From assembly GCF_000150275.1 (NCBI RefSeq), contig NW_002060967.1, positions 496,001-560,000 on the forward strand: DNA of 64,000 nt, given 5' to 3'. The notes beneath the pieces were generated by a model. That model did no database searches. It was not told the DNA's origin and saw nothing but the letters and a program-made list of their open reading frames with translations. This DNA comes from Trichoplax adhaerens (taxonomy: Eukaryota > Animalia > Placozoa). Below are positions 1 to 13,900 of this stretch, one piece after another (position 1 is the first letter of the stretch; every line of letters starts with the position of its first letter). A program made the translations under genes and the position numbers.

Positions 1-3000
1 TCTTCCAATCGCCATTGCTGATATTTGCTTTTTAATTCATTCTCATAATTTTTCATTTGAATGGATAATTCCTAAAATTTTCCCAGTTTTAAAATGGCAA
101 CGAATTAATTTAAGATCATGTTAAGGACGAGCTATTAATTTAAAAGCTAGGAAGAATCTGTACTGCAATAAGAGAAACTATCCAATGCTGCCTGAAAGGA
201 TTACTATGTTAGCTGATCTACTAATTCGCTGAGCACAAGTAAGATAGGTAAATATTGAGCTAAATAAGTACGTATGCCGTAAGTAAAGATTTTTTACGCT
301 GTAGCATGAATCTTTTACATGCGAAGATCTGATAGCAAGTCTGTGTAAAATTTGGATGCAAGCTATAGTATATTGAGCGATAACTTAAAAGTATTCGAAG
401 CATGGCTGCAGAGACTGGAAAGATTGAAGAGGCTGATTATAACCACAAGTCATCTATCAATTCTAATTAACAACTTTAAAATAGGGGAAATGTCCCAACA
501 TGGTCCTAATCGATGGTAGTGATAATATAGTAATAGAATATATAATAACCTCTGATAGTTTATGATCTCTTTCTGATCTTTCCTTAGCTAGCTCTTGCGT
601 TGTTGTATGCAATTTCTCTTGCATTTCTGCTAATTGTGCTTGCATGTTATTCCACGAATTTTTAACGTTATTAGTCATCGTATCGCCATTGCCAATATTA
701 TTGAGCTTGCTATTCAATGAAAAGAATAGTAGAAAAGCTATAAAAATGTCTGGAAATAAGCCAGTCAGCAATATTTTACCTTTGCATGGTCGTTTCTTCA
801 GCTGTGCCATCGTGATGTCTTCGTGCAATGTGACGCTGCAAGTAGACTCCATTAACAAATACTTTTTGGCAATGGACACACTAGAAAACAACGATACAAG
901 AGCATTTCATCTTCAATAAATAGGCAATTTATTTCATATTTTATACCCATAACTAACGAGTAGTAGGTAAATTTAGTATCTATAAATACGATACAACAGA
1001 TGAATTGATAAACAGGGTGGAATGCAGCCTAGTTTAAAAATTTTTACCTTATAATTCCCGCTAGCTCCTAAATTAACCATATTCTGATACATTTTAAGCA
1101 TTTTCTTCATTTTCCGTGTATCTTGTTTACGCTTATCTAGTTCTTCCGTTATTTCTTTTTCTTTAGTAGTTAAATTTTCCGTAGTCTATGAAGAAGCAAA
1201 AGTATAAAAATATCTTATTTTCTATTAACAAGTTTGATTGAGTTTTTGTAGGTCTTTGCAGTCCTGTATGTTGAAGCACGTAGAAAATTGCTTAGCAATC
1301 CATTTCTCATGATGGTAAATACACAATACACTTAAAACCTTTTATTTTCTTTCTAAATTTATTTACGATACTGTTTGCTACTGGATATAAAAGATTGCTT
1401 AATAGTGGATTTCTTGTTATAAAGAAAGTACAGAAGTCTCGAATGGAATTTAATTATTCTGAAATTACCCGCAATATACTAGGCTGCCACATGTAAGAAT
1501 TTCTACACCGAATTTGCCATCATGATAATTTAAGATTAAACTTATTTTATTTATTATTTTGTAGTTATCAATACTACTGTATGCTGTTCGTAAAATGACT
1601 TTGCGATCTTTTCATCATGATATTGAAGATACGACAATCGCAAATAGAACTCATCTTAATTATTTTGCAGCTGTAAATTTGTAATACTGCTGCAGTTAAA
1701 AATATCTATTCGCCATTATGATAAAAGATATAAGAATTTCAAATTTAACCTGTTTTCGTTAACTATCTTGCAGTTATTGGTAGTTTATTGCAAAGTGTAT
1801 AACTGTCTAGTAATTACTAATCATGTTGACATAATTGATGAAGGCATGGAAATCTAGAATTAATCTCTAACCTCAGTTAAAGAATTGATCTTGTCTTCAT
1901 ATCGCTTTATTTTTTCAGATAGAGCGTTTTGGGAATGCTATATGGTAGAATAGAGGCAAAAATTTTATTCATTTACTAGGAAAAATATTAGCTAGAGTTT
2001 AATATCATAAACCATTTTAACTTTCGAAAATTACTTATTAAAGAGAGTATTCGTGATTTACAAATAAAATTTGAACTATTAATATAGTTGCCAATAAAAA
2101 GATTACAGCAGGATTAAGCTATTGCAGCCTTACCAGAAGATATTCAATCACAAATTGAGCTAATTTAAAGAGGTCTACAAAGTTTTTTCCAACATGTTCG
2201 ATTCCCTATCATTGAATATAAACAACACATCACGGTTAAATGATAACGGTAATTCTCATTTTTATGAAATAGCTTAAGCAAATAAATACATTTTTATGGA
2301 GAAGAATTCCCTTTACACTACTGGGCAATCTCAATATTGAACATTGCTCTGCTAGATGATTCCAGCTATCTATTCTAACTTATGGAATAAGGCATACACT
2401 AGGACAGAGGAATGATGATAACTTACCGGCTCTAATTCTAAATTACAAAATGTCACGTTGATGATATTTTCCTGAAGTGTAGTAAAGCTAGGATTGTCCA
2501 AGTTGACTGCAGCTAAAAGGACGATAGTGGTGATATGATATAATTATAACAATATAAATGGATAATTGCGATTAATCTTCTAGCTAAAGATCAATAAAAA
2601 GATATGAATATGATGTTTGCAACAAGAAATAATTTAGCTATAAAGAAAGTCTATGATGCATCTATAGAGTTTGCTGCTAAAGACATTGGAAAAGTTGTGG
2701 AATTTATAGCATTAATCGTTTGTTTAATGAGAAAAACTGGTTAAAAGTCTAGTATTTGCTCATGAAGGGCTGCAGCTGTTTAAGATCGTGCTCTTTTTAC
2801 TTAATAAATATCAAAGAAAATTGTTTACACCTAAAGCTTAAAATGTTTGGTCCATGAGGAAGACTTAAATATATCTTGGAGCTTACTTGATGCTCGCAAA
2901 AAACTGCAGTCATTAAAAATTACGTTTGTCGAAGTCAATTAATCTTGTTTTGCAGAGGTTTGAAGAAAGTAGCGAGTTAGATGTAGATACTACTACAAAA

Positions 3001-6000
3001 TAACTCTATACTCTGGTAATGGTGTTGGATCATTATCAAGGACGGTAAGGAAAGGCGAGAGTATTCAGATCTACTTCTCCAACGAGGGGAGTTAGATATC
3101 TAGCTTTTTAAGGTAGTTATAAACTCTTATGCGGGTGATGATAATGAATTACTCTTAATAATGGCAACGATAGGAATTAGAGTTGCTTGTCTTCTTCCAA
3201 GAATTATAATAGTAAAGTATCTTCCCATATAATGCATAAACGAGAAGTTAGTTCTAACTAATGGGAGATTTTGCAATATGCTCTTGCCATGATGACGAAT
3301 TATTATCCAACCTCCAGAAATGCAAGGAAAGTATCGAATGAACTATTCTGGAAATTGGTAGCTGAACATGAGAAGAATTGTTAGTCTTCTCCCTGTTAAT
3401 AATAAGGTGCTGGATCTATTTATTCAAGTTACTAATTTACTCTATATGCACATCCTGTTGGAGATATAATGAACTCTTCTTGAGAAAGGTAACAAAAGGA
3501 GAGAAATCAATACTTTATAGGAATAAGGAGTTAGATCTAGCAATAGTTAAGCATTTCTATGTACTGTATTCTTATGTAATGATAATGGCGAATTGCTCTT
3601 GAGAATGACAAGAAAAAAGGAAACTACTGCAAAAAAATCCTGTTGGTCCTCCGATCTTCATGCAGCCCATCTTCACATCGATCTTACAAGATTGTTGACG
3701 GATATATACAGGACATAAGATGGAACAGAAATAGTAGACATACCGATTCTCATCCAGTCCACTCTTTCCCATCTCTTCTTGAAAGGAAATTGAGAGCCTA
3801 CAGCAGTAAATAGTTAAGATATAAGGTATTAGAATTTTGAGTTTAATTCACACCCATTTCAATTTACTCGTATACTCTGAAAGTTGCAAAGCAGTCCTTC
3901 ATGCCAACTTAGATTGATAGTATAAATTGCACTTATATGTACAGCTCTAAGTATGATTTGCTCAATATTGATTTGATCTGTTGTTAGTGAAGTAATCACG
4001 TTAAAGTATGGATATTTAGAATGTTTAGGTATGTAAGTTTTGATGTTAAGCTGCTGAAAGTTATCCAGTGGTCCTTCACATCAACTTATATTGATAGTAT
4101 TAATTACGCATATATGTCTAACCCTATGGATAGTTTGCTCAATATCGATACGATCTAGTGTTAGTGAAGTAATCGAGTTAAAGCATGGATATTTAGAATA
4201 GTTAGGTAAGTAAGCCATAATGTTTTAAACCTACCGCTAAATGAAGAATGAGTAGCATGAGTAAGAGTAGTTGCTTGCATATAAAATTTAAGATGATATT
4301 CTGCAATCGGATGCCTTCTGTACTATGCATATACCATTTATGATAATGAAAATCTGGAGTAAATCATAATTATTTTAGATTGATTACATATCCTTCTGTT
4401 ACTGTCCTTCCTTAAATTAACCAGAGAGCGATAAATTACTAGTAGTTCGTCTCTGGTTTAATGAGTGGATTAATAGCATAGCTATTACGGATAAAAATGA
4501 TTTATAGGATACAGGATTAAAGGTTTGCTACGTCACTTAGCCAGACTACAGGTTCTAACGTTAAAATATTTTCCTTATGGGATACCGTTAATGTTATTAC
4601 AACTATAAAGTGAGAAGATGAACCCTTAATGAAAAATTTAGGGAGTTGATGGTTGCCGTCTTTGATGTCATAAATTATTAATTTATTCAGGAGTATTGAG
4701 TTTATTCTAGAAGTCTTAACTAAATATCATAAACTAGCTTGAACAGGTTGACAAGCTATCAAAGTAAATCACTAATGCACAATTTTAATCCTTTTGCCGA
4801 TATTACAATAAATAAGTGAGAAGAGGAACGATGAACGATATATTTATAGAGTTTTCAACAACTATCTTCTATTAGCTAGACAATTTATTTAATTAGTTCT
4901 ATGGCTAGATTAACGGCTATTTTTAGAAATGGTATCTTTCCATGTTTAAAGTAGAAAAATTAAGTTGATGGTCGTTATTTACTGTGCTGTTGAAGGAGAC
5001 ATTAGTGCTATGCAGTCTAAACCTTTTCACCTCGGGTATACCGTTAATTTTATGGCTACTTTAGAATGGAAGCCAATTTTGAATTGATTTTGACTTTTCA
5101 AGAGCAGCGTAAACAAATTATAAACTGGATAGTAAAGAGACATCCGTATTGCACGGACAAAATTATTTCGCTTCGGGTATGCCGTTAATGTTATAAATTA
5201 CGTTGGAATAGTTGGAAATCGTGAGCCGATTTAGATTTTTCAAGAGCAGCATGAACAAATTCTAACCTGGACATAAAAGAGGGCTTCAATATTGAAAGTC
5301 TAAGTCCTCTTTTCGTCCTAAGTAGAATATCATAACCGCTATAAAATGAAAAGAAACATTGAACGAATGTTCGACTTTTCGGAAACAGTATAAGTAAATT
5401 TTAAAGTATACTTGGTTATAATCTAGGAGATCTGGATATCTACTTGGATTGATGTTTTTTTAGCGACAATCCCTTGATATTTCAGTATGATCGGCTGTTA
5501 GTCTTTAAAAATGATCTAATTCGATCACATTTTCTTAGTCTACTGATAATTAATCAGGCCAAAATAAACTAATTTAGACTAAGCAGTCGATATTGACAAA
5601 GCTTGAATGTTTAATATGTCATCATAAAGAATATGTGGTTATTTGATTGGAGTTTGGTTATTTTTGCTCATTAATTCCAATCCTTGCATGTTTCAATAAC
5701 ATGAACGATTGATCATAGGCTAGACGATTTGTAATTTTATAGGTAAATGATGATTGCTTACACTATGCAATCAATAGGATATCGCAAAATAAGCCAACGA
5801 TCACTAATTGAGAACTTTAATAAGAATCAAAAGAAATATTTGAAACTTTAGCTAATTCGATAGGATGATACTGTACAAGGTTATTTTTTACGCTCTCTAC
5901 TACTTTTTTGAATCAGGTGCAATTTTACGATATAAAATTTTCAAGTAATCAATCGTTCTCTTACCTGGTCTTACTTGTTGGCTACCGACTAGTCGACTTG

Positions 6001-6010
6001 CAGGAAACAT
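1..6010 (-). CDS. DZIP1: DAZ-interacting zinc finger protein DZIP1/DZIP1L (iguana), ciliary basal-body protein; 5' part only
   Basis: Phase-compatible GT-AG exons 6010-5965, 3797-3744, 2512-2427, 2205-2134, 1937-1872, 1185-1048, 880-780, 709-550 and 71-<1. They give MFPASRLVGSQQVRPGSQFPFKKRWERVDWMRIAAVNLDNPSFTTLQENIINVTFCNLELEPGIEHVGKNFVDLFKLAQFVIEYLLHSQ..., matching the Dzip-like N-terminal domain (human VDWRRL..TLQENIMNITFCKL..LAQFTIEYLLHSQ). A coiled coil and a C2H2 finger (CVHCQKVFVNGVYLQRHIARRH) follow. The first exon is the least certain. Confidence 0.9.
3950..4225. repeat. Diverged direct repeat (about 90 bp core, about 180 bp period) in DZIP1 intron 1
   Basis: TTTGCTCAATAT..GATCT..TGTTAGTGAAGTAATC..GTTAAAG(T/C)ATGGATATTTAGAAT occurs at about 3956 and about 4134. 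Confidence 0.8.
4560..5400. repeat. Decayed tandem repeat of about 140 bp in DZIP1 intron 1
   Basis: GGGTAT(A/G)CCGTTAAT-like anchors at about 4579, 5034 and 5176; TTTTCAAGAGCAGC at about 5095 and 5237 (period 142). Confidence 0.65.
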
Positions 6011-7704
6011 GATGAATTAATGCTCTGGATATATTAAATAATTAGAGTAGTCTTTTCCTTCTCGTCTAACAACCTTGCCTAAAGTCGAGATTACCCTATC
6101 CAACGTTAGGAATAGGATGATCAATTAATATCCGGTGCTGAGATTGTTCATCAAAATCGATTTCGCGTGTTATTCTCTCAATTTAATACCATCCAAATCA
6201 ATTTCAGTCATCAATCTCATTCTTAAGCTACCATTACACTCGTAATGGCTCATTTCAGCCACAATTTATTTACTTGATAATTTCCAACTACTTGGCCTTG
6301 ATTCCTATTGCATCGGATGATACCGTTATGATCCGGCGGGTTTAATTAAGCGTCTGATATATCGACTCTCCTTGGGACGGACATGATATACAGACGAGCA
6401 TCAGTTAACGTAGTTAATAATACTTCATTAACGATTCTATTTACCAAGGAAATGGATACACCTACCTTAGCTATGGTGCTGATGGCTAAAAGTGCTTAGG
6501 ATAGTAATAAAGTCAGCTAAAAAGGCTTGAATGTGTAGAAGATTGACAATTAGTTAGATATAGTGGCTCTACGTTAGGACAGGCTTGAGTGTATAGAAAA
6601 ATATACAGTTAGGTAGATATAGCGGTTATACTGGTGCTATGACTTATACAGATAGCCTGCTACCAGAGTCTACAATAGTAATATTGCGAACTCTGAAGGT
6701 GTGGATCTATTGGAAATATAGCTAACTAATATCGTGTTGACAATTGATCTGCCTTTTAAATTGCATCAGTATGGTAGATGAATTAGATGTTGGAAGCATG
6801 CGAGATATTTTTCTATAAGAACCCAATTTTAGCAGTTCAGGGATTTATAGCAATAACTATCACTATAGCTATCGATGCAGTCATTTTACGTAGAATTAAA
6901 GAGCTAGATGAATCTGAATTATCTGATACAGAGATGGCATTGTACATAGACTATATTTAGAAACTGGATTAAATATAACGCGTTTAGGCACACATTTCTT
7001 GTACATCATTATACGAAATAAAGAGATCGTTGTCAAGAATTTTATTTCGCAATAATTTGTAATGGTCGGCTTGATATAACGTAAGACTACTGGTTTCATC
7101 GTTCATATTACCAATGATGAACATTTATCTTGTATGCTGAAGCACGAAAATCTTAATTTCCTATATCTCTCCTTCATGCAAATATTACAATCTATTTACT
7201 ATTTGTAGGCTTTTCGTTTGCCACAGAAATTGAATTGACAAATACATGGCCATAAAGTCATTGTAGTTGTGGATTGACAAAACTACTAAGTACTATATCT
7301 TGTTTTTTTCGTAGAATAGAAATATTGTTTAATTTAACCTCTGAACTATGGCAGTCACCATCATATACTCTATAAAGCTATTCCATAAAAAATTTCCATA
7401 TTCTTTATCTAGCCATGCATTACTGATTACAGCAATATACAAATTCCAAGGTCCTGCATAGGCTACCATTTGTGAGGTATGTACTTTACTACTGTACTGT
7501 ATTTCCTTCCTACCAGTATTTGTTTTCATCAAAGCCTACCAGGATTTAATTTGTTGGAAAAAATTTAAATTGATTCAATAATAAAGAGACATGCGTATTT
7601 AGAAAATGATCAGTCCTTTTCAATCAGATCAAAACAATAATAATAACGGTAATCAATTACAATTAATTATCCGGTTGGGAGTGAACGCTAAACAATGGTC
7701 TACT

Positions 7705-7718
7705 GTTGCTATAGTAAC
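7705..7718. promoter_or_regulatory. Putative RFX X-box upstream of DZIP1
   Basis: GTTGCTATAGTAAC matches the X-box consensus GTYNCYATRGYAAC. It lies between the TPP2 3' end and the DZIP1 start codon. Confidence 0.55.
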
Positions 7719-7981
7719 AAGCTAGGTTAGAGTGAAATATTAGTTAAAATTGCGATAAATAGTAGAAAAACTGCTACAGGTGACCAATCTTAATTAATGC
7801 TATTTCCAAGCTTTTAACGTTGGCTGACAGCCATTAAAATGATACCGAAAAATATGAAGTCACAAAAAAATGTTTGCAATATTTTAATCAGGGTTACATG
7901 ACATTTCAAATTATCGTTTTTAATTTATTAATTTCTTGACAGGGTAACTCCTAAACTACAGTAAGTAAAGACACCAAACAT

Positions 7982-10900
7982 TTAGAACAACGTGTAATTT
8001 TTAGGATATTTCTTCAATATCAGACGCTTGTAACAATTTGCAATGTGATGCCAGTTCAGTTTCTCCAACATCTATTGGTATCAGAAAGCAACAAATTTTT
8101 AATAGCAGTGCATACCTTGTAGTGTAGTTATACATATAATTTTTACTCACAGTCGTGCTATATTCAGTTATAGTATGTATACCTTTGTGCCGTTAATCCA
8201 AACTCATAATTATTATTTCTGATAATGTATCATGTATTCAACAAACTATTTCTACTTGATGCAGTACTATCAATCTAAGGTTATTAATTTTCGAATAGAT
8301 CGTATCATGTAACTGGTTACTTGCACTCATTATCTATCAATCTAAAGTCAACAGTGGGATTATCTGGAGTAATATGCAGTTATACTATCCACATTGCAGA
8401 AATGATAACGAGTTCCCTTACCGCTATCATTTCTTCGTACAAGCGCTTTGTTGAAGAAGATTCTTTCATTTGGATTTGAAGAATACCTATGGCTCTTGCA
8501 TATTGTTTTAATGTTATTGCATGGACCAAAATAAAAGCAAGGGCCTAGGATATAATTTTTAATCGATGCAACACATTACATTGATGACAATCTAATGAAT
8601 TTAGTATCAATCATATAAGAAATTTCTAACATACCCTATGGTTTTTAAGGTCTATCCATTTAGATAATTCGCAGTAGACATCGTTCATAGCCGATACTAA
8701 AAGATAAAGGATAAATATTACGGTCAATTTCATGCCAATTTTTTATAATCCTGACCATACACTATTAATTTATCTAAATCACTACACTTGATAATGAGAT
8801 ATCAATAGGTTGTGAGATTTATACACGTATATTTCCCAAGGCAGCGGCTATAAAGAGTCTATTTTTTATCCAATGGGTAGATACAACCATAAATACAGAC
8901 ACGTTCATTATCGAAAAAAGCAAGTGTAATGAAAAATTCTCTAACCAGTCGCTTGATATCGAGCTGATTCTTCTTCTAGACCTATCGTTGAAATGTTATT
9001 AATACACAAGAACCAATTGCATATATTATCGTATGATACATTCTATCTTACATTCTAGTTGCTTAGCTAATAATCCCATATTCTTTCCCTACATGGCAGC
9101 GAGCAATTAAATGTGATGCAACGAAACGCTAAGTAATTAAAAATAAACTATCTAGATGATATAGTCAAGAGGATTTATACTTTGCATATTAGTGATTCGG
9201 TGAGGTATTTCTTCTTTTCGTCCATTTCACTACAATTACAAATATCGCAATGCATGTCTAAATAAGCTGTAAGTATTTCTGAAATAAAAGAAGCTCTTGC
9301 TATTGTAGGACAAATAAATATACATTACCTTTTCTTTTTAGCTGCATTTTCGGATAAATCTGATATCATACCATAAAAATTCAGTAAGGCATTTGTATCG
9401 ATCTAAAGAATTAAAATGAATTTGGTATATCATGGTGTCCAAATTAAGTTAGATTAATATAAAGATATGCTTCCATATATAACATTACCAAATCGATAAT
9501 GCACTGAGCTGCTTTTATAACATTTTCAAAAGCTTCAACGGATCCATGCTACATAATGATAGTATTAGGAGAGAGTAAGTCACAGAACTGTATTGTCTTC
9601 TAGTGTTATTAACAATAGTGATTAAAAGCTGGATATACAACACCCTTACTTTATTTGCTGCTACATCTAACATTTTCATTCTCTCAACTTTAAGCGAAAG
9701 ATCATCCTCGTACTTTTGTTCTAGGTCCTTGTACAGTTTATCTCCATGTTCAAAATCCATTCTATAATTGATATTTAACAGATTTGCTTTAAATATTAGA
9801 AAGATTTCAATCATTAAAAGTTATCATATGAATCAGCTTTAATAATGAATAAAAATATAAATAGTTTAAAAACCTGGTTAACCAGGATAACATAAATTTC
9901 TTATGTGCCGCTTCAAAATCATTGTTTGCCTATAATAATTATGGTGTATGGATTCCTGTTAGATACATAGCAAGATTTATGCATATAAACACAAATTCTG
10001 CAATACTAACGCTGTTAGAGCCAGATGAAGATAAAGGAGTTGTTCCAATGTTATAGGTAAATGGATAATTAAGCTGATGATAATTCATAAAGAACAAAAG
10101 TACTTGGTCTATACTTGCTCAAGAACAGGATCTTAATGACAGAATATTATATACTTTACCGATTTTCCACTACTGGAATAAGATATTGTTCCAGTTAAAT
10201 ACATTCCAGGCTTTGCACCCTTCGGTAGTCTATAAAAAGTATGAAAAGGATTAATCTAATAGTTAGAAAGTTTGTCTTTATAGTAAAATTGAGTTGTGAT
10301 TTAAGGAAGCAGTACATGATAAATGTATAGTTATTTGCTTAATAAAGTTTGTAGTTGGGAATATTATAGAATATCAGTGGCATTTTGTGTATATACATAC
10401 GAGTATAATAATAATGATAATTTGGCATACTTATCATCATCGAGAGGTGCGAAGTAAAGTACTGCAGTATTGTTCTTGTTGAGCCAATAGTTATTTGATA
10501 TTTTTGACCCTCCAGATAATGCTTTCAGCTGAGATGAATAGACATCTAACGAAACGGAATTAGCAAGTTTATGCTCTAAAAGTACTGGTATATTCTTTAA
10601 ACGTTCCAAGAGGTCTCGTTTGTCATGACGAACCTATTAAAAATTGGTTACCATTACAAAATGTTGATCATATTCTAGTACTATGAATACATAAGCGTAT
10701 ACATAGCGTGCTGTTTGCCGTGAAAAAATAGACTTACTTGTAATTTTAATATATAGTCCCCTTTGTCTAACTTTACTTTATACTAAAAATAAAAATGTAT
10801 CATCAATATTAATTAGCAAAAATTTTAGTTAATAAACAAAATGGCATTTTTGCAGACCTGATGAGGAAAGGCATCACCAGAAGCAATGTGTTGCTTGTTC

Positions 10901-13900
10901 TTATCGAATATCATCCAAAGTTGAGATTCATATAATGCCTCATATAGTAGATCGCTCAGTAATGAGACATTAGGACGCACTTCACATGAATTTTCCTTTA
11001 CCAGATTAAAATTAAATGGTTTCATTAATCAACATTCATGTAGGTGGTCAATAACAAAGATCTTTAACTAGCCTTTTCATGATCATGATTTTATAATTCG
11101 GTATTTATCACACGTATATTTACTAACTATGGAAAATTTATAATCCAATATATTTTCATAGATTTGTCTCCCGTTCGGTAGTAAATCTCTTTCAGTTAGG
11201 GGTTTTATTGTTGAAGAAATAGGCCTGTTAACGACGGTCATGGCAAAAAAGTTAAAAAAATGCTGAAATGCGCAAGTCATGCTAGAAATGATCTAAGTAA
11301 ATATCGCTTTGTTCAATTAACCTAATAGCTTCAGCCATATGGTCCAGATTGATGCTAATACTCATATTCTCACGTCGAAATGGAGACGTCACAGTTATTC
11401 TATGTATTCCACCGCAGGAGTGCTAGATAAGTTTTGAAAGTTTTTTGTTAGACATACAGATAGAAAGTAGGATAACTTTGCAAAATTGGCTAAAGTTAAT
11501 CATTCTAATCAAATCTCATACCATTGCTACGTTTCTTTCGTTCGGTAAAAGGCTGTGAAATGTTATAGCATACTTTATTTTTTTGCTCTCTCGTGTTGAC
11601 CACCAACTGGTCAAACATAACTCTAAAGTTTTTTCCCCCTTGAATTCAAGTTAGATTAATGATTACTTACATGTTGCAGAGCACTTAATACTACCGCAGA
11701 TAAACCTTTCTGACCTCAACTTTAAAAGTAATATTTTTAGTTTCTCCACAGCCTAATGCGACACGATTATTACTAAATTGATATTTAAATGACTTGTCCT
11801 TGTGTAAGTGCGACACATCTAATACCATGGTAAATTTACCACTCTCTTCGAGAGACGTTAGTGCTATTTCTAGTAGATTAATGTCAAAAACAAGCATACT
11901 TACTCATAGATGTGTAAAATATTATAGAAATGAATTTAAAGATTTTTGTAGGTACTTACCAACCCAAGTCGCTTTCGGTGGAGTTGCAATAAACATACGT
12001 TTAATCTGGCCTTTATCTAGAGTCAGGCTTTCTGATATGGGTGTTAACGGATCTCGAATACTGAAATTTAGATGAAATAATGTGTTGCTAAAATAATTGA
12101 AATCACGCCAATTTTTCAATGCTGCTAAACTTCATCATCCAATTATGATTATATAAGCGTAGATACCTTATTGGTTTAGTAACCGTGATAGGAATTCTAA
12201 ATAATGGGCCAAGTTCGATACAAGCGCTATCATATCCGCAGATCTATAAGTGATCATTAGGAGTTATAATCTAGTTATTACTATCAATTCTTACATTTAT
12301 GTAATATAATTTTGTATGAATTAGAAGTACTTATCATTCGCACAATAACCTCAGAATAATGCGCTCCTGGCCGAAGATCGCTAGTATCAACTTTAATATC
12401 GAATGACCGCGCTATAGATAGTAGTAAACATAAATATTCATTGATAACCAATCATTGACAATTACGAAGGATTAAATAACAGATTTAGATTTTATACCGC
12501 TATTATTCAACATGAAATATTTTGGTGCATCAATCCATGTTGCAGTGGGTACCAGAGAAATGCGATACTCTAAATTGGCTTTAAGTTTCAAATCTAACAT
12601 AAAAGTAGAGAATCGGACAGATCCTATATCAGTCGTTGTACACATATAATAAAGTTGAAGCAAAAAAATGAAAATCATTGCTACGCTTACCAAGTTCACT
12701 TTTATAGCACGGTCGAACTCGAACAGGTAGATAAGAAATTGAAGACGTTTCCTGAGGCTCCCTAAGGTATATACCTCGTTTATCATAGCTGCTGCCACAG
12801 GTGATCTAAGAATTTTAAAAGAAGGATGTTTAACAGTATGAATCGTTTTCAAGTTCCATAAAGTTTCATACCTCAAAATGGACGTTATTGTTGAGTTTAT
12901 CTACAGAATTTCGTATATACTCGAAAGCTTTATCAACCTGTGTTTTAAAATTTAGTCATACTTTTAACAATGTCATCTTACCAAGGTAAGTTATTGTACA
13001 TGAGATAGGAAGGCATTTGGAACAATTAAAATGTATCAGTAACGGAGAAGCTAACCTGCAGTAGGCCATAGCCCATGGAAAAATGATCTTCACCTGTTGA
13101 CGCAAATAAAGATCATACGTATAAGTATAGTATTGTAAGAAGCTAGTATACCTTCCTAAGGACAGATTTGATTTAAGTAATAGTTAACGGTAGAGGACCT
13201 GTGATTGATGATGCGGTATTTTCAACGGCACGACGAACGCTACAAAAAGTGATTAAATTCAACATAACGTCATTAATTTCATTCTTTCTTACTAAAAGTT
13301 ATACCTTTTAGTAGCACAGTCGTTAATTATAGGATAAAATGATGCTAGAGAAAATTTATACCTTGACGGAGAAAACGGAATTTGACAAGCTTTCAATCCA
13401 GATAATATAAGAGCTAAGGTATTGGAAAGATAATATGTATGATTTGTTTGTCATTACTGTATTGATTTGCAAATTATGACAACAAATGAGACTTACCGAT
13501 ACCACCACATGCATTCGGTGATGACATTGAAGTGCCATTCATGAGTTGTGAACTACTTAAGGTCCACTTAGGTACAGAAGCAATTGCTCCACCTGGAGCA
13601 CTAATGCTAACACCTAAGGCACCATCAATGCTACGACAAAATATTGTAAAAATTTTAATGTCATAAAATAACTGCAGCCAGTAGTATGCTACTAAAATTG
13701 TATCAGCGTTTACAGGTTCCATACAGCAGTACGTATAAAATATATAATAAAGTCATTTCAGTCAAATCTGAATATAACCAAATCAAAATAGCACTGAGGT
13801 AGCAGGTGAGGATTTATAAAAAATATTTATACCATGGTCCTCTGGATGTCCACGTATACTGCATACTTTGTACTCTTTCAAGCAATGAATATTGGGCCGC

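Noticed and set aside
6520-6630. Short two-copy direct repeats (about 58 bp period here; about 90 bp at 56880-57000)
   Set aside because: Real but minor local duplications with no evidence of function.
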